Source: Sandaracinaceae bacterium (GTDB lineage: Bacteria > Myxococcota_A > Polyangia > Polyangiales > Sandaracinaceae). Taken from it: a stretch of 54,932 nt of DNA. The position numbers and the translations under genes were made by a program. The stretch covers positions 1 to 54,932 of the forward strand of contig JBGAQA010000040.1 of the NCBI GenBank assembly GCA_044220955.1, read 5' to 3'. The notes under the pieces were generated by a model. That model saw only the letters and a program-made list of their open reading frames with translations, did not search any database and was not told where the DNA came from. Below are positions 16,014-24,942 of the stretch, piece after piece (the first letter of the stretch is position 1; the number at the start of each line of letters is the position of its first letter).

Positions 16014-19000
16014 TCAGCGACACTCGCCGCTGGCGCGGCAGGTGAGGCCGGGCCCGATCTGGCTGCAGAACGCGTTGCCGCCGAGCGTCTGGCAGCGCGG
16101 TCCGCAGGCCCCGAGCAGGGAGTAGCAGACCGTGGAGTCGGGCCCGGTGCAGTCGGCGGAGCGGGCGCAGCTGCACCCGAACTCGTCGACGATGAGGTTG
16201 CCGTTGTCGTCGACGCCGTTGCAGCACTCCATGACCTGGGACTGGAAGGGCGCGCAGGAGGTGTCGGCGCAGTCGCTGATGCCGTCGCAGTCGTCGTCCT
16301 GGCCGTTGGTGCACTGCGCGATCGTGGACTCGTCCGGCATGCACATCGAGCACAGGGGCGTCATCCGGCACTGGAAGTCCGCGCAGTCGGTCAGGCCGTT
16401 GCAGTCGTCGTCCTGCCCGTTGCCGCAGATCTCCATCCGCGAGGTGGGCACGCAGCACGCGGGCGTGCCGGTGCAGGCCACGTCCGCGCAGTCGATCGCG
16501 CCGTTGCAGTCGTCGTCGACGCCGTCGTCGCAGATCTCGGGGCCCGTGAAGAAGCAGCACTCCGGCGTGGACGCGCACTCGGGGTCGCCGCAGTCGAAGA
16601 GCTGATCGCAGTCGTCGTCGAGCCCGTTCGAGCAGCGCTCCGGCCCGGTCGCGATGCAGCAGATCGGATCGAACTGGCAGTCGGGGTCGGCGCAGTCGGT
16701 GCGCGCGTCGCAGTCGTCGTCGAAGCCGTTCTGGCAGACGAACTCGCTGAACTGGCACGCCCCGCAGATCGGATCGAACTGGCAGTCGGGATCGTCGCAG
16801 TCGATGAGAGCGTCGCAGTCCTCGTCGAAGCCGGTGTTGCAGATCTCGCCGACGCAGAGGCGGCAGAGGGGGTTCGCCGCGCAGTCCGAGTCGAGGCAGT
16901 CGGTCTGCCCGTCGCAGTCGTTGTCCCGACCGTCACGGCAGCCCGCGCTCTCGTTGGGCAGGCAGCCCGACATGCAGACGGGGTTGCCCGTGCACGCGGG
17001 GTCGTCGCAGTTCACCAGGCCGTTGCAGTCGTCGTCGATGCTCGTCGAGCAGATCTCGAAGGGCAGGCACACGGTGCACGCCGGGCTCCCGGCGCAGTCG
17101 GTGTCGGCGCAGTCGACGATGCCGTCGCAGTCGTCGTCGTGACCGTTGCGGCAGATCTCGGAGGGGGCGCACACGACGCACGCCGGGTGGCGCGCACAGT
17201 CCGAGTCCGAGCAGTCGACGAGCATGTCGCAGTCGTCGTCGCGCCCGTTGGAGCAGGCCTCGCTCGTGCACGTCCGGCACGCCGGGTCGAACGCGCAGTC
17301 CGAGTCCGAGCAGTCCGTGCGGTTGTCGCAGTCCTCGTCGCTGCCGCCGGTGCAGATCTCGCTGGTACACACCCGGCAGCTCGGGTCGAGGGCGCAGTCG
17401 GTGTCGGCGCAGTCGACGATGCGGTCGCAGTCGTTGTCCGTTCCGTCGAAGCAGACCTCGGGCACGGGCACGCACATCGTGCACGTCGGCGTGCCGAAGC
17501 AGTCGGGGTCAGCGCAGTCGCGCACGCCGTCGCAGTCCTCGTCGCGGTTGCCCGTGCAGACCTCGGGCACGGGCGAGCAGACGACGCAGAGCGGGTCGCG
17601 GAAGCAGTCGGGGTCGGCGCAGTCGACGAGCGTGTCGCAGTCGTCGTCGAAGCGGTCGTTGCAGATCTCCGGGAAGCACATGATGCACGCCGGGTCGCTC
17701 CCGCAGCTCACGGTGTCGCTGCAGTCGCTCAGGCCGTCGCAGTCGTTGTCGCGGCCGTCGGTGCAGATCTCGCGCGAGGGCACGCAGCAGAGCGGGCTCG
17801 CCGTGCAGTCCGGGTCGACGCAGTCGAGGCGGCCGTCGCAGTCGTTGTCCCGCATGTCGCTGCACATCTCGACGCCCGTCGGGGTGCAGCAGAGCGTGCT
17901 CCCGGCGCAGTCGGGGTCGGCGCAGTCGGTGAGCGAGTCGCAGTCGTCGTCGCGGCCGTCGCTGCAGAACACCTCGCGTGTCCCGCACATCCGGCACGCC
18001 GGGTCCGTCGTGCAGTCGGAGTCGGCGCAGTCGGCGCGCCCGTCGCAGTCGTCGTCGCCCCCGTTCGCGCACAGGCCCGTCTCGCTCCGCGTGCACATCC
18101 GGCATGCCGGGTCCGCCGCGCAGTCGGGATCTGCACAGTCGAGCAGGCGGTCGCAGTCGTCGTCGCGCCCGTTCGCGCACAGACCCGCCTCCGTCGGCGT
18201 GCAGACGTTGCACGCAGGATCGGCGAGGCAGTCGAAGTCGTTGCAGTCGGCCTGGCGGTCGCAGTCGTCGTCGCGCATGTTCGTGCACAGGCCCGCCTCG
18301 GTCGGTGTGCAGGGCGAGCACCCGGGCTCGCCGGCGCAGTCGGGGTCCGCGCAGTCGGCCAGCGCGTCGCAGTCGTCGTCGCGCCCGTTCGCGCAGCTCT
18401 CCGGCAGGCACCCCGCGCAGGCGGGGCTCGTCGCGCAGGCCGGGTCGATGCAGTCCGTCAGGCCGTTGCAGTCGTTGTCGCGGTTGTCCGTGCAGAGCTC
18501 GGGCGCGCCGGGGTGGATCATCGCGTTCGTGTCGTCGCAGTCGCCTCCGAAGCACGCCTGGGCGACCACGCCGTCTGCGTCCTGATCGCGCTCGAAGAAC
18601 ACGCACGCCCGCGTCCGCTCGTCGCACGCGTCGCTCGTGCAGAGGTTCATGTCGTCGCACGTGACGGGCGCCCCGGCGCCGCAGCCGCGCGTGGCCGAGC
18701 ACACCTCGACGCCGTTGCAGAAGCGGCCGTCGTTGCAGCGGAAGTCGAGCGGCGTCGACGTGCACGCGCGGGCGGCCTCGGTGCACTCGTCGAGCGTGCA
18801 GTCGATCCCGTCGTCACAGCGGGGCGGGGTCCCGCCGGCGCAGACGCCGGCGACGCAGCGCTCGGCGCCGTTGCAGAAGAGTCGATCGTCGCACTGCGCG
18901 TCGGTGTCGCACACCCGCGTCGTGCAGCCCGAGCGCGGATCGCAGGTGCCGCCCGGGCAGCGTCCGTTGTCGGGGACGAATTCGCAGGCCCTCGTCGCCT

Positions 19001-19337
19001 CGAGGCAGCGGTCGTTCGTGCAGTCGACGCCGTCGTTGCAGACGACGTCCATGCCGAAGACGCAGCGGTTCTCGACGCAGCGCTCGGGGCCGTCGCAGAA
19101 GAGGCCGTTGTCGCACTCGGCGTCGCTGCGGCAGATGATCGCGGAGTCGCCGGCGTCGCGTCCGCCGTCCCCCGGGCCCGCGTCCCCGGCGTCCCCGGCG
19201 TCGAGCGCAGGACCGGCGTCGAGCCGCTGCGGGGCCCCATCTCGGAAGTCGTTCAGCGCCGTCCGGCCACAGCCCGCAGCGGCGAGGCCGAGGCCGAGCA
19301 TCGAGAGCGCCGCGAGGCGATGGGTGCGTGGTGACAT
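16014..19337 (-). CDS. Large Cys/Asp-rich repeat lipoprotein (1107 aa)
   Basis: Start ATG 19337 (MSPRTHRLAALSMLGLGLAAAGC). CDxGLFCxGxExC repeats, a DCDD...IHPGAPELC (MopE-related) motif, then 22 C-x4-D[DEN]DC[DN]-x3-[DN]C-x-D-x2/3-C units. Confidence 0.88.
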   Translation of the reverse strand: MSPRTHRLAALSMLGLGLAAAGCGRTALNDFRDGAPQRLDAGPALDAGDAGDAGPGDGGRDAGDSAIICRSDAECDNGLFCDGPERCVENRCVFGMDVVCNDGVDCTNDRCLEATRACEFVPDNGRCPGGTCDPRSGCTTRVCDTDAQCDDRLFCNGAERCVAGVCAGGTPPRCDDGIDCTLDECTEAARACTSTPLDFRCNDGRFCNGVEVCSATRGCGAGAPVTCDDMNLCTSDACDERTRACVFFERDQDADGVVAQACFGGDCDDTNAMIHPGAPELCTDNRDNDCNGLTDCIDPACATSPACAGCLPESCANGRDDDCDALADCADPDCAGEPGCSPCTPTEAGLCTNMRDDDCDRQADCNDFDCLADPACNVCTPTEAGLCANGRDDDCDRLLDCADPDCAADPACRMCTRSETGLCANGGDDDCDGRADCADSDCTTDPACRMCGTREVFCSDGRDDDCDSLTDCADPDCAGSTLCCTPTGVEMCSDMRDNDCDGRLDCVDPDCTASPLCCVPSREICTDGRDNDCDGLSDCSDTVSCGSDPACIMCFPEICNDRFDDDCDTLVDCADPDCFRDPLCVVCSPVPEVCTGNRDEDCDGVRDCADPDCFGTPTCTMCVPVPEVCFDGTDNDCDRIVDCADTDCALDPSCRVCTSEICTGGSDEDCDNRTDCSDSDCAFDPACRTCTSEACSNGRDDDCDMLVDCSDSDCARHPACVVCAPSEICRNGHDDDCDGIVDCADTDCAGSPACTVCLPFEICSTSIDDDCNGLVNCDDPACTGNPVCMSGCLPNESAGCRDGRDNDCDGQTDCLDSDCAANPLCRLCVGEICNTGFDEDCDALIDCDDPDCQFDPICGACQFSEFVCQNGFDDDCDARTDCADPDCQFDPICCIATGPERCSNGLDDDCDQLFDCGDPECASTPECCFFTGPEICDDGVDDDCNGAIDCADVACTGTPACCVPTSRMEICGNGQDDDCNGLTDCADFQCRMTPLCSMCMPDESTIAQCTNGQDDDCDGISDCADTSCAPFQSQVMECCNGVDDNGNLIVDEFGCSCARSADCTGPDSTVCYSLLGACGPRCQTLGGNAFCSQIGPGLTCRASGECR

Positions 19338-19453
19338 GGACAACCCCGGCGAGAAGAAGAAGAAGACGTGAACGGGACCGGCCGCCAGACGACCCAGAGC
19401 TCGGCCCCCGACCAGCCTACCGATGCCCGGGCGGTCGAGCACGTTCGTGGCAG

Positions 19454-19469
19454 AGCAAGCTCCGTTCCC
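19454..19469 (-). promoter_or_regulatory. Putative sigma54 (-24/-12) promoter for the 16014-19337 gene
   Basis: Minus strand reads GGGAACG-GAGC-TTGCT versus consensus TGGCACG-N4-TTGCW, with correct GG-N10-GC spacing. Confidence 0.55.
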
Positions 19470-19556
19470 GTGCCAGGCCGCGCCAGACCTGCACATCGGT
19501 CCAAGGGTCGGTCGCTTCCTGGACGCGCGGCACGGCGTCGGCCGACGATCGCGCCC

Positions 19557-20381
19557 ATGCGCATTCGCCCCGGAGTCTGGCCCGCCGCGGCGCTGGCCAC
19601 CGCGCTCGGGATCGCCGGATCGGCCGGCGCCGAGGGTCCGGACGCCGAGCCGCCCGGCGTCGGGGCCTGGGACGTCGACGAGGACTGCGGGCAGCTTCCC
19701 CCCCGGGAGCCGCGCTCCCCGCGGCCACTGCCGGCGGCGACGTCCGACGCGGCCGGCGCGCTCGACCCGGCGATCCCGCACGGACGGGCCGTCAGCCGGC
19801 TCACGGCGGCGCAGTGCGGGGCGCTCCTGCACACCCTCGGGGTCGCGTACGAGGACGCCAGCGCCGAGGGTGGAGCGGTCGGCGCCGTCGAGCAGCCGAT
19901 CCGACTGCTCGGACCGCTCGGCGAGCTCGGCGTCCGGCCTCACGGCGGCGACGCTCGCTCGATCCACGCGATCCTCGACTGCCGGCTGGCGGTCGCGCTC
20001 TACGCGTGGGCCCCGACGCTGCGCGCCGCGGGCTTCACCGGGATCGAGCACGTCTCGGTGTTCCGGCCGGGCGCGCGCGTGGCGCGGAGCGGGCACGTCA
20101 GCGGGCACGCGCACGCGCTCGCGATCGACGCGCTGCGCTTCGTGCGGCCGGACGGGACGACGTTCTCGGTGCTCGACGACTGGGTCGCGCGCGAGCGCGG
20201 CGCCGACCCCTGCGGCCGCTACGACGAGCCCGACGAGGCGCGCGCGCTGCGCGAGGCGATCTGCGCCGGCGCCGCAGCAGAGATTTTCGAGGTGATCGTG
20301 ACGCCGCACCACGACGACCTGCACGCGAACCACGTACACCTCGAGGTGGTGCCCGGCGTGGACTGGACGGCGCTCCGCTGA
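19557..20381 (+). CDS. Extensin-like C-terminal domain protein (putative Zn peptidase fold), secreted
   Basis: Signal peptide, VEQPIRL, LDCRLAVAL, SGHAHALAIDA, TFSVLDDW, VTPHHDDLHANHVHLE. Confidence 0.8.
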   Translation: MRIRPGVWPAAALATALGIAGSAGAEGPDAEPPGVGAWDVDEDCGQLPPREPRSPRPLPAATSDAAGALDPAIPHGRAVSRLTAAQCGALLHTLGVAYEDASAEGGAVGAVEQPIRLLGPLGELGVRPHGGDARSIHAILDCRLAVALYAWAPTLRAAGFTGIEHVSVFRPGARVARSGHVSGHAHALAIDALRFVRPDGTTFSVLDDWVARERGADPCGRYDEPDEARALREAICAGAAAEIFEVIVTPHHDDLHANHVHLEVVPGVDWTALR

Positions 20382-20403
20382 CGGCCGGTGCTATACGTGG
20401 CGC

Positions 20404-20970
20404 ATGAAGCGCGCACTGCTCACCCTCGTGCTGCCGGCGCTGGCGCTCGTCGCGCTGGCGCCGACGTCCACGGCCCGAGCCGACCACAGCTGGTACGCCG
20501 GCGCGGGCGCCGGGTTCTACAACGACTTCGATTGCTGCCACATCCACGGGCGGGTCCAGGGCGAGATCGGCTGGCACTTCGGAGGGGACCAGACGGGCTT
20601 CTTCCTCGAGGTCGACGGGATCTTCACGTTCGGCCCCGAGTACTGGGGCTTCCTCGGCGGCGCGCGCCTCGGCGGCGACATCTCGGTGCACCACGACGCC
20701 CACTTCGACGTGCTGCTGCGCCCCAACGGCCTCGTCGGCTTCGGGGCGCGCGACTTCGACCGCGACGGCATCGGACCCTACGGCATGCTGACGCTCCAGC
20801 CCGCGTTCGACGTCCGCTTCGTCCTCGCCGACGGCTTCATCGCGCTCTGGCTCAGGCCGATCTCGTTCGACTTCCACTTCTGGTGGGAGAACATCGACCG
20901 CGCGCACCCGCGCGACTGGTACGTCAGCGCCGCCTACCAGCTGCTCGGCGGGATCGACTTCCAGTTCTGA
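20404..20970 (+). CDS. Small outer-membrane beta-barrel-like protein
   Basis: Signal peptide ending ARA, alternating amphipathic Gly/aromatic strands, C-terminal GGIDFQF. Confidence 0.7.
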   Translation: MKRALLTLVLPALALVALAPTSTARADHSWYAGAGAGFYNDFDCCHIHGRVQGEIGWHFGGDQTGFFLEVDGIFTFGPEYWGFLGGARLGGDISVHHDAHFDVLLRPNGLVGFGARDFDRDGIGPYGMLTLQPAFDVRFVLADGFIALWLRPISFDFHFWWENIDRAHPRDWYVSAAYQLLGGIDFQF

Positions 20971-20985
20971 AGCGCGGAGCCGGCC

Positions 20986-22131
20986 TCAGGGACAGGCGGG
21001 CAGCACCATCGGGTCGGGCGAGGCCCACTCGACGCTGTTCTGCCAGAAGCGAGGGATCGGGGGCATCGAGGCCCACTCGCTGTCGAACTCGATCCACTCG
21101 TCGCCGAAGAGCAGCGCACGACCCGAGCCGATCGGCCCGGCAGCGCCCACGACGTCGGCGCCGATCGTCGCCATCGGCAGGAAGGTGCCCGCCATCGACG
21201 CAGGGATCGTGACGCGCAGGCCGCCGTTGAAGGTGACCGGCGGGAGCGTCCCCCCGGCCCCGTCGTCGGTGGTCGGGTGCGAGAGGAGCGTCGCCGGGCC
21301 GTCGATCGGGCCGGCGGCGAGGTCGTAGCTCGGTCCGAGCGAGGCGAGCAGCGAGACGTGCCGGTCCGCCGTCGCGCCCGAGTCGTGGCCGGTCATCGCG
21401 ATCAGGGCGCCGCCCCCGTTCACCCACGCCGCGAGCACGTCGGCCTCTTCGGCGGTGTAGAGGCGCTGCAGCCAGTCGACCACCACGAGGTCGAACGTCT
21501 CGAGCTCCTCGACGTGGAGCGTGCCGGCGCCTGCCGCGGTGTGGAAGCGCGTGACGATCGCGCCCTGCATCTCGAGCCACGCCTGGAAGTCCGACGACGC
21601 CAGAGCGCCGGGCGCGCCCATGATGCCGATCCGCCGGCAGCCGTAGAGCGTCATGCCGGCGTCGCCCGTCCCACCGCCGGTGCAGGCGCCCCACGCGCCG
21701 AACTCGCTCACGCCCTCGCACGTCATCTCGCCCCACGCGCAGCGCGGTGTGCTGGGGTCGGGCCGGCCGGGGAGGCAGCGCGCCGTGGAGCCGGGTACGC
21801 AGGTGCAGCTCTCGTCGACGTGTCCGTCGCAGTCGTCGTCCACGCCGTCGAAGCACGCCTCCGTGGCCGCGCACGTGACCGGGATGCAATTCGCGTCCAC
21901 CTGCGCGGCGTCGCGCGGCGTGATCGGCGCGTCCGGCAGGTCGCCGTCCGCGGGCGGGAGCACGGGCGCGTCGACGGCGGCGTCGATCGGAGCCGAGCAG
22001 CGCCCGTCGATGCAGACCCTTCCCCGCGTGCACTCGCTCGTCGCGCGGCAGGTAGACCCCGCGGGCGCGGGCGAGCACTCGCAGCCGAGCCCGAGCGCGG
22101 CGAACGAGAAGAGCAGGATCGCGCGTCTCAC
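20986..22131 (-). CDS. Lipoprotein with a DDDCDG repeat and a C-terminal alpha/beta (GATase/DUF4350-like) domain
   Basis: GTG 22131 overlaps the upstream stop (GTGA). Lipobox GLGC, CFDGVDDDCDGHVDE, LETFDLVVV, WVNGGGALIAMTG, GRALLFGDEWI, FWQNSVEW. Confidence 0.75.
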   Translation of the reverse strand: MRRAILLFSFAALGLGCECSPAPAGSTCRATSECTRGRVCIDGRCSAPIDAAVDAPVLPPADGDLPDAPITPRDAAQVDANCIPVTCAATEACFDGVDDDCDGHVDESCTCVPGSTARCLPGRPDPSTPRCAWGEMTCEGVSEFGAWGACTGGGTGDAGMTLYGCRRIGIMGAPGALASSDFQAWLEMQGAIVTRFHTAAGAGTLHVEELETFDLVVVDWLQRLYTAEEADVLAAWVNGGGALIAMTGHDSGATADRHVSLLASLGPSYDLAAGPIDGPATLLSHPTTDDGAGGTLPPVTFNGGLRVTIPASMAGTFLPMATIGADVVGAAGPIGSGRALLFGDEWIEFDSEWASMPPIPRFWQNSVEWASPDPMVLPACP

Positions 22132-23966
22132 GGCCGCGCCTCGATCGCGAGGGCCAGCTGGTGGCGCGCGGCCATGAGATCGTCGCCGATGCGATCGCGC
22201 AGGCCGTCCACGTCGGCGACGAGCCCGCTCGCGATGCGCATCGCGTCGGCCTCGCCGCCGCGCATCGCGAGCAGGTGCAGGTACTCGTAGTCCTCCAGGC
22301 CCTCGCGCACGAGCGCCATGCGGATCGACGCGAGGGGGACGTCGTGCGTACCGCCGATCCGGTCCGTGCGCCCCGGGTAGAACATGGTCCCGTCGCCGGC
22401 GCCGCCGAACGAGCAGGGGTCGTCCCACGCGCGATCGAGCGCGTAAGCAGTGTCGAAGTAGAGCTCGCCCGTGATGCCGTGCGTGAACGAGAGCCACTCC
22501 ATGCCGCGCGCCTGGATCGCGGAGGCGTCGATCACGTACGAGGGATACCCGCGCACGTCCTCGGTGGCGCTGCCGCACTCCGGCTCCGGGCCGCAGCCGT
22601 GCGACATACACGACTGGTACCACCAGAGCTGGTTCAGGGGGTCCGCAGCGAGCCAGGGCTCGTAGTCGCTCACGGGCTGGTAGCTCGGGAACGTGGGGTT
22701 GGCCGCGCGAGTGTAGTTCACGATCGGTACGAGGATCTGCACGTCGTCCGCGAAGCCGTAGGGCTCCGCGTAGCGGAGCTGCGCCGTGACCAAGGCGCGT
22801 GCGCCGCCCGCGCTCACCAGGGCGGCCCGGTCCGTGATCGCGGGGCAGGAGCCCACCGTGGGGCACACCCCGTTCGACTCGGGCTCGTCGACCGTGTAGT
22901 CGAAGACGAGCGCGTCCCAGCCCCTCGAGGCGACGTGATCGACCAGCAGCCGCGTTCGCGCCGTGTCGGGCGGGCCGTTGTACTGGACCTGCAGCGTCGT
23001 GAGGTGCGAGCCCCGCAGGTGCCGCGTGGCCGTCCCGTCGAGCAGCCCGCCGTAGATCGCGTCGAAGTGAGCGAGCTGCGCGGCGTCGCGCGGACCGACG
23101 TAGGTGCTGCCCCCGAGGCTGATCCGGTACTCGAGCGCGAGCTGCATGTACTCGGTGCGGTACTGCTCGGTGAGCCGGTCACCGTCGTGGTCCGGGTCCG
23201 TGTCCGCACACGCGTCCCACGCGCCGCCCGTCCACGCGCCCCGGTGGTGCGCGACGCAGGGCGCGTCGCCCACGCCACCGAAGAGCGTGCGCAGCGTCGG
23301 CGTCGAGGGGAGCCCGAAGTCGAAGACGTGCAGCCGCACCGGGACGTCGAACTCGCCCTCGCTGCTCGTCACGTGCACGCTCCCCGCGTAGTCGCCGGCA
23401 GGGGCGTCGTCGGGCACCAGCACGTCGACCCACACGACTCGCAGCTCGAAGCGCGGCACCACGAGCGGAAAGACGGTGCGCGCCTCGTCGTGGATCATGT
23501 CCTGGGCGGGAACGAGGGCGTCGGGCCAGGGCCCGGTCGCACCCTCGATGCTCGAGGGCATCGGGACGTCGATCAGCGACTCGACGTGCACGAACGAGCG
23601 CGCAGCGGGGATCGTGGTGGGGCCGACGAGATCGCTCGCCGTGACGCCCGTGACCGTCCGGCCCGCGGTGCCGCCGCTGAACGCGATCTGGTACGGCTCC
23701 CACTCGTTGCGCGCGGCCTCGATGGCCACCACGCGGCTCACGGGCAGATCGGCCGAGGGACGGAGCTTGACCGTGCCGTGGGTCGCGCCGACCCAGGTCG
23801 GGACGGCACCGCCCGCGTCGGTCCGGGGGACGAGCGCGTCCGGCGCCTGACCGTCCGCGAGCGCGCCTGCGTCGTGAGGCCCGCCGTCCGGCACGGGCGC
23901 GGGGGTGCCGGGGCATCCCGAGCAGAGGACGCAGAACGCGAGTGCGGGAAGCAGAGCCGAGCGCAT
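22128..23966 (-). CDS. DUF4091 / GH123-like glycoside hydrolase lipoprotein
   Basis: Start ATG 23966 (lipobox CSGC). AARNEWEPYQI, WPDALVP, VWVDVLVP..APAGDYAG, VFDFGLP, YTVDEP, GDGTMFYPG, SIRMALVREGLEDYEYL. Confidence 0.82.
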   Translation of the reverse strand: MRSALLPALAFCVLCSGCPGTPAPVPDGGPHDAGALADGQAPDALVPRTDAGGAVPTWVGATHGTVKLRPSADLPVSRVVAIEAARNEWEPYQIAFSGGTAGRTVTGVTASDLVGPTTIPAARSFVHVESLIDVPMPSSIEGATGPWPDALVPAQDMIHDEARTVFPLVVPRFELRVVWVDVLVPDDAPAGDYAGSVHVTSSEGEFDVPVRLHVFDFGLPSTPTLRTLFGGVGDAPCVAHHRGAWTGGAWDACADTDPDHDGDRLTEQYRTEYMQLALEYRISLGGSTYVGPRDAAQLAHFDAIYGGLLDGTATRHLRGSHLTTLQVQYNGPPDTARTRLLVDHVASRGWDALVFDYTVDEPESNGVCPTVGSCPAITDRAALVSAGGARALVTAQLRYAEPYGFADDVQILVPIVNYTRAANPTFPSYQPVSDYEPWLAADPLNQLWWYQSCMSHGCGPEPECGSATEDVRGYPSYVIDASAIQARGMEWLSFTHGITGELYFDTAYALDRAWDDPCSFGGAGDGTMFYPGRTDRIGGTHDVPLASIRMALVREGLEDYEYLHLLAMRGGEADAMRIASGLVADVDGLRDRIGDDLMAARHQLALAIEARP

Positions 23967-24074
23967 CCAGCGATGCTCGGCCTGCCCGGCTGCGCAGGCA
24001 AGAGGCCCGTGCACGTCGCGGCGCCACGCCTCGCGGCGCGGCCCCGAGTCGCGCACTCTGGTACCGTCGCGCGC

Positions 24075-24929
24075 ATGGAGACTCGGCCCTTCGGCCCCAC
24101 GGGGCGCTCTCTCTCGGTGATCGGGCTGGGCGGCATGCCGATGTCGATCGAAGGAAGGCCCGACGAGGCGCAGAGCCTGCGGACGATCCACGCGGCGCTC
24201 GACGCCGGGATGACCTTGATCGACACGGCGAACGTCTACTGCCTCGACGACGCCGACCTCGGCCACAACGAGCGGCTGATCGCCAAGGGGCTCTCGTCCT
24301 GGTCCGGCGCGCGCGACTCGATCTTCGTCGCGACCAAGGGGGGCCTCGCGCGGCCCGGCGGGGCGTGGCGCTCTTCGGCGCGGCCCGAGGCGCTCCGCGC
24401 GGCCTGCGAGCAGAGCTCGAGGGCGCTCGGGACCGAGCGCATCTGGCTCTATCAGCTCCACGCGCCCGATCCGAGCGTGCCGCTCGAGGCGAGCGTCGAG
24501 GCGCTCGCGAGGCTCCGCGACGAGGGTAGGATCGAGCACGTCGGGCTCTCGAACGTGAGCGTGCAGGAGATCGTGCGCGCGAGCGCGATCGTCCCGATCG
24601 TGAGCGTGCAGAACCGCATGAACCCGCACGACAAGCGTTCGATCGCGAACGGCGTGCTCGCGCACTGCGAGTCGCACGGCATCGCGTTCCTGCCCTACAG
24701 CCCCGTCGGCGGCGGGCGGGGGCGCGCGAAGATCGCCGGCGACGCGACGCTCGGTCGCATCGCCGCCAAGCACGGCGCGACCCCGCCGGAGATCGCCATC
24801 GCCTTCTGCGCGCGTATCTCCACGGTCTGCTTCCCGATCCCCGGCGCGAGTCGGCCCGAGAGCGCCCTCTCGAGCGCGCGCGCGGCGGCGATCCGGCTCG
24901 ACGCGAGTGACCTCGCGGCGCTCGCGTGA
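24075..24929 (+). CDS. Aldo/keto reductase
   Basis: SVIGLGGM, IDTANVY, VATKGG, LYQLH, IEHVGLSN, SVQN, FLPYSP, PIPG. Confidence 0.93.
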   Translation: METRPFGPTGRSLSVIGLGGMPMSIEGRPDEAQSLRTIHAALDAGMTLIDTANVYCLDDADLGHNERLIAKGLSSWSGARDSIFVATKGGLARPGGAWRSSARPEALRAACEQSSRALGTERIWLYQLHAPDPSVPLEASVEALARLRDEGRIEHVGLSNVSVQEIVRASAIVPIVSVQNRMNPHDKRSIANGVLAHCESHGIAFLPYSPVGGGRGRAKIAGDATLGRIAAKHGATPPEIAIAFCARISTVCFPIPGASRPESALSSARAAAIRLDASDLAALA

Positions 24930-24942
24930 GCGCGACGCCACC

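Noticed and set aside
16170..18500. Regularly spaced GCAGTCGTCGTC repeats resembling a CRISPR array
   Set aside because: They are the codons of the DDDC protein repeats in an open frame. The repeats are degenerate, the spacers are homologous to each other, and no cas genes are present.
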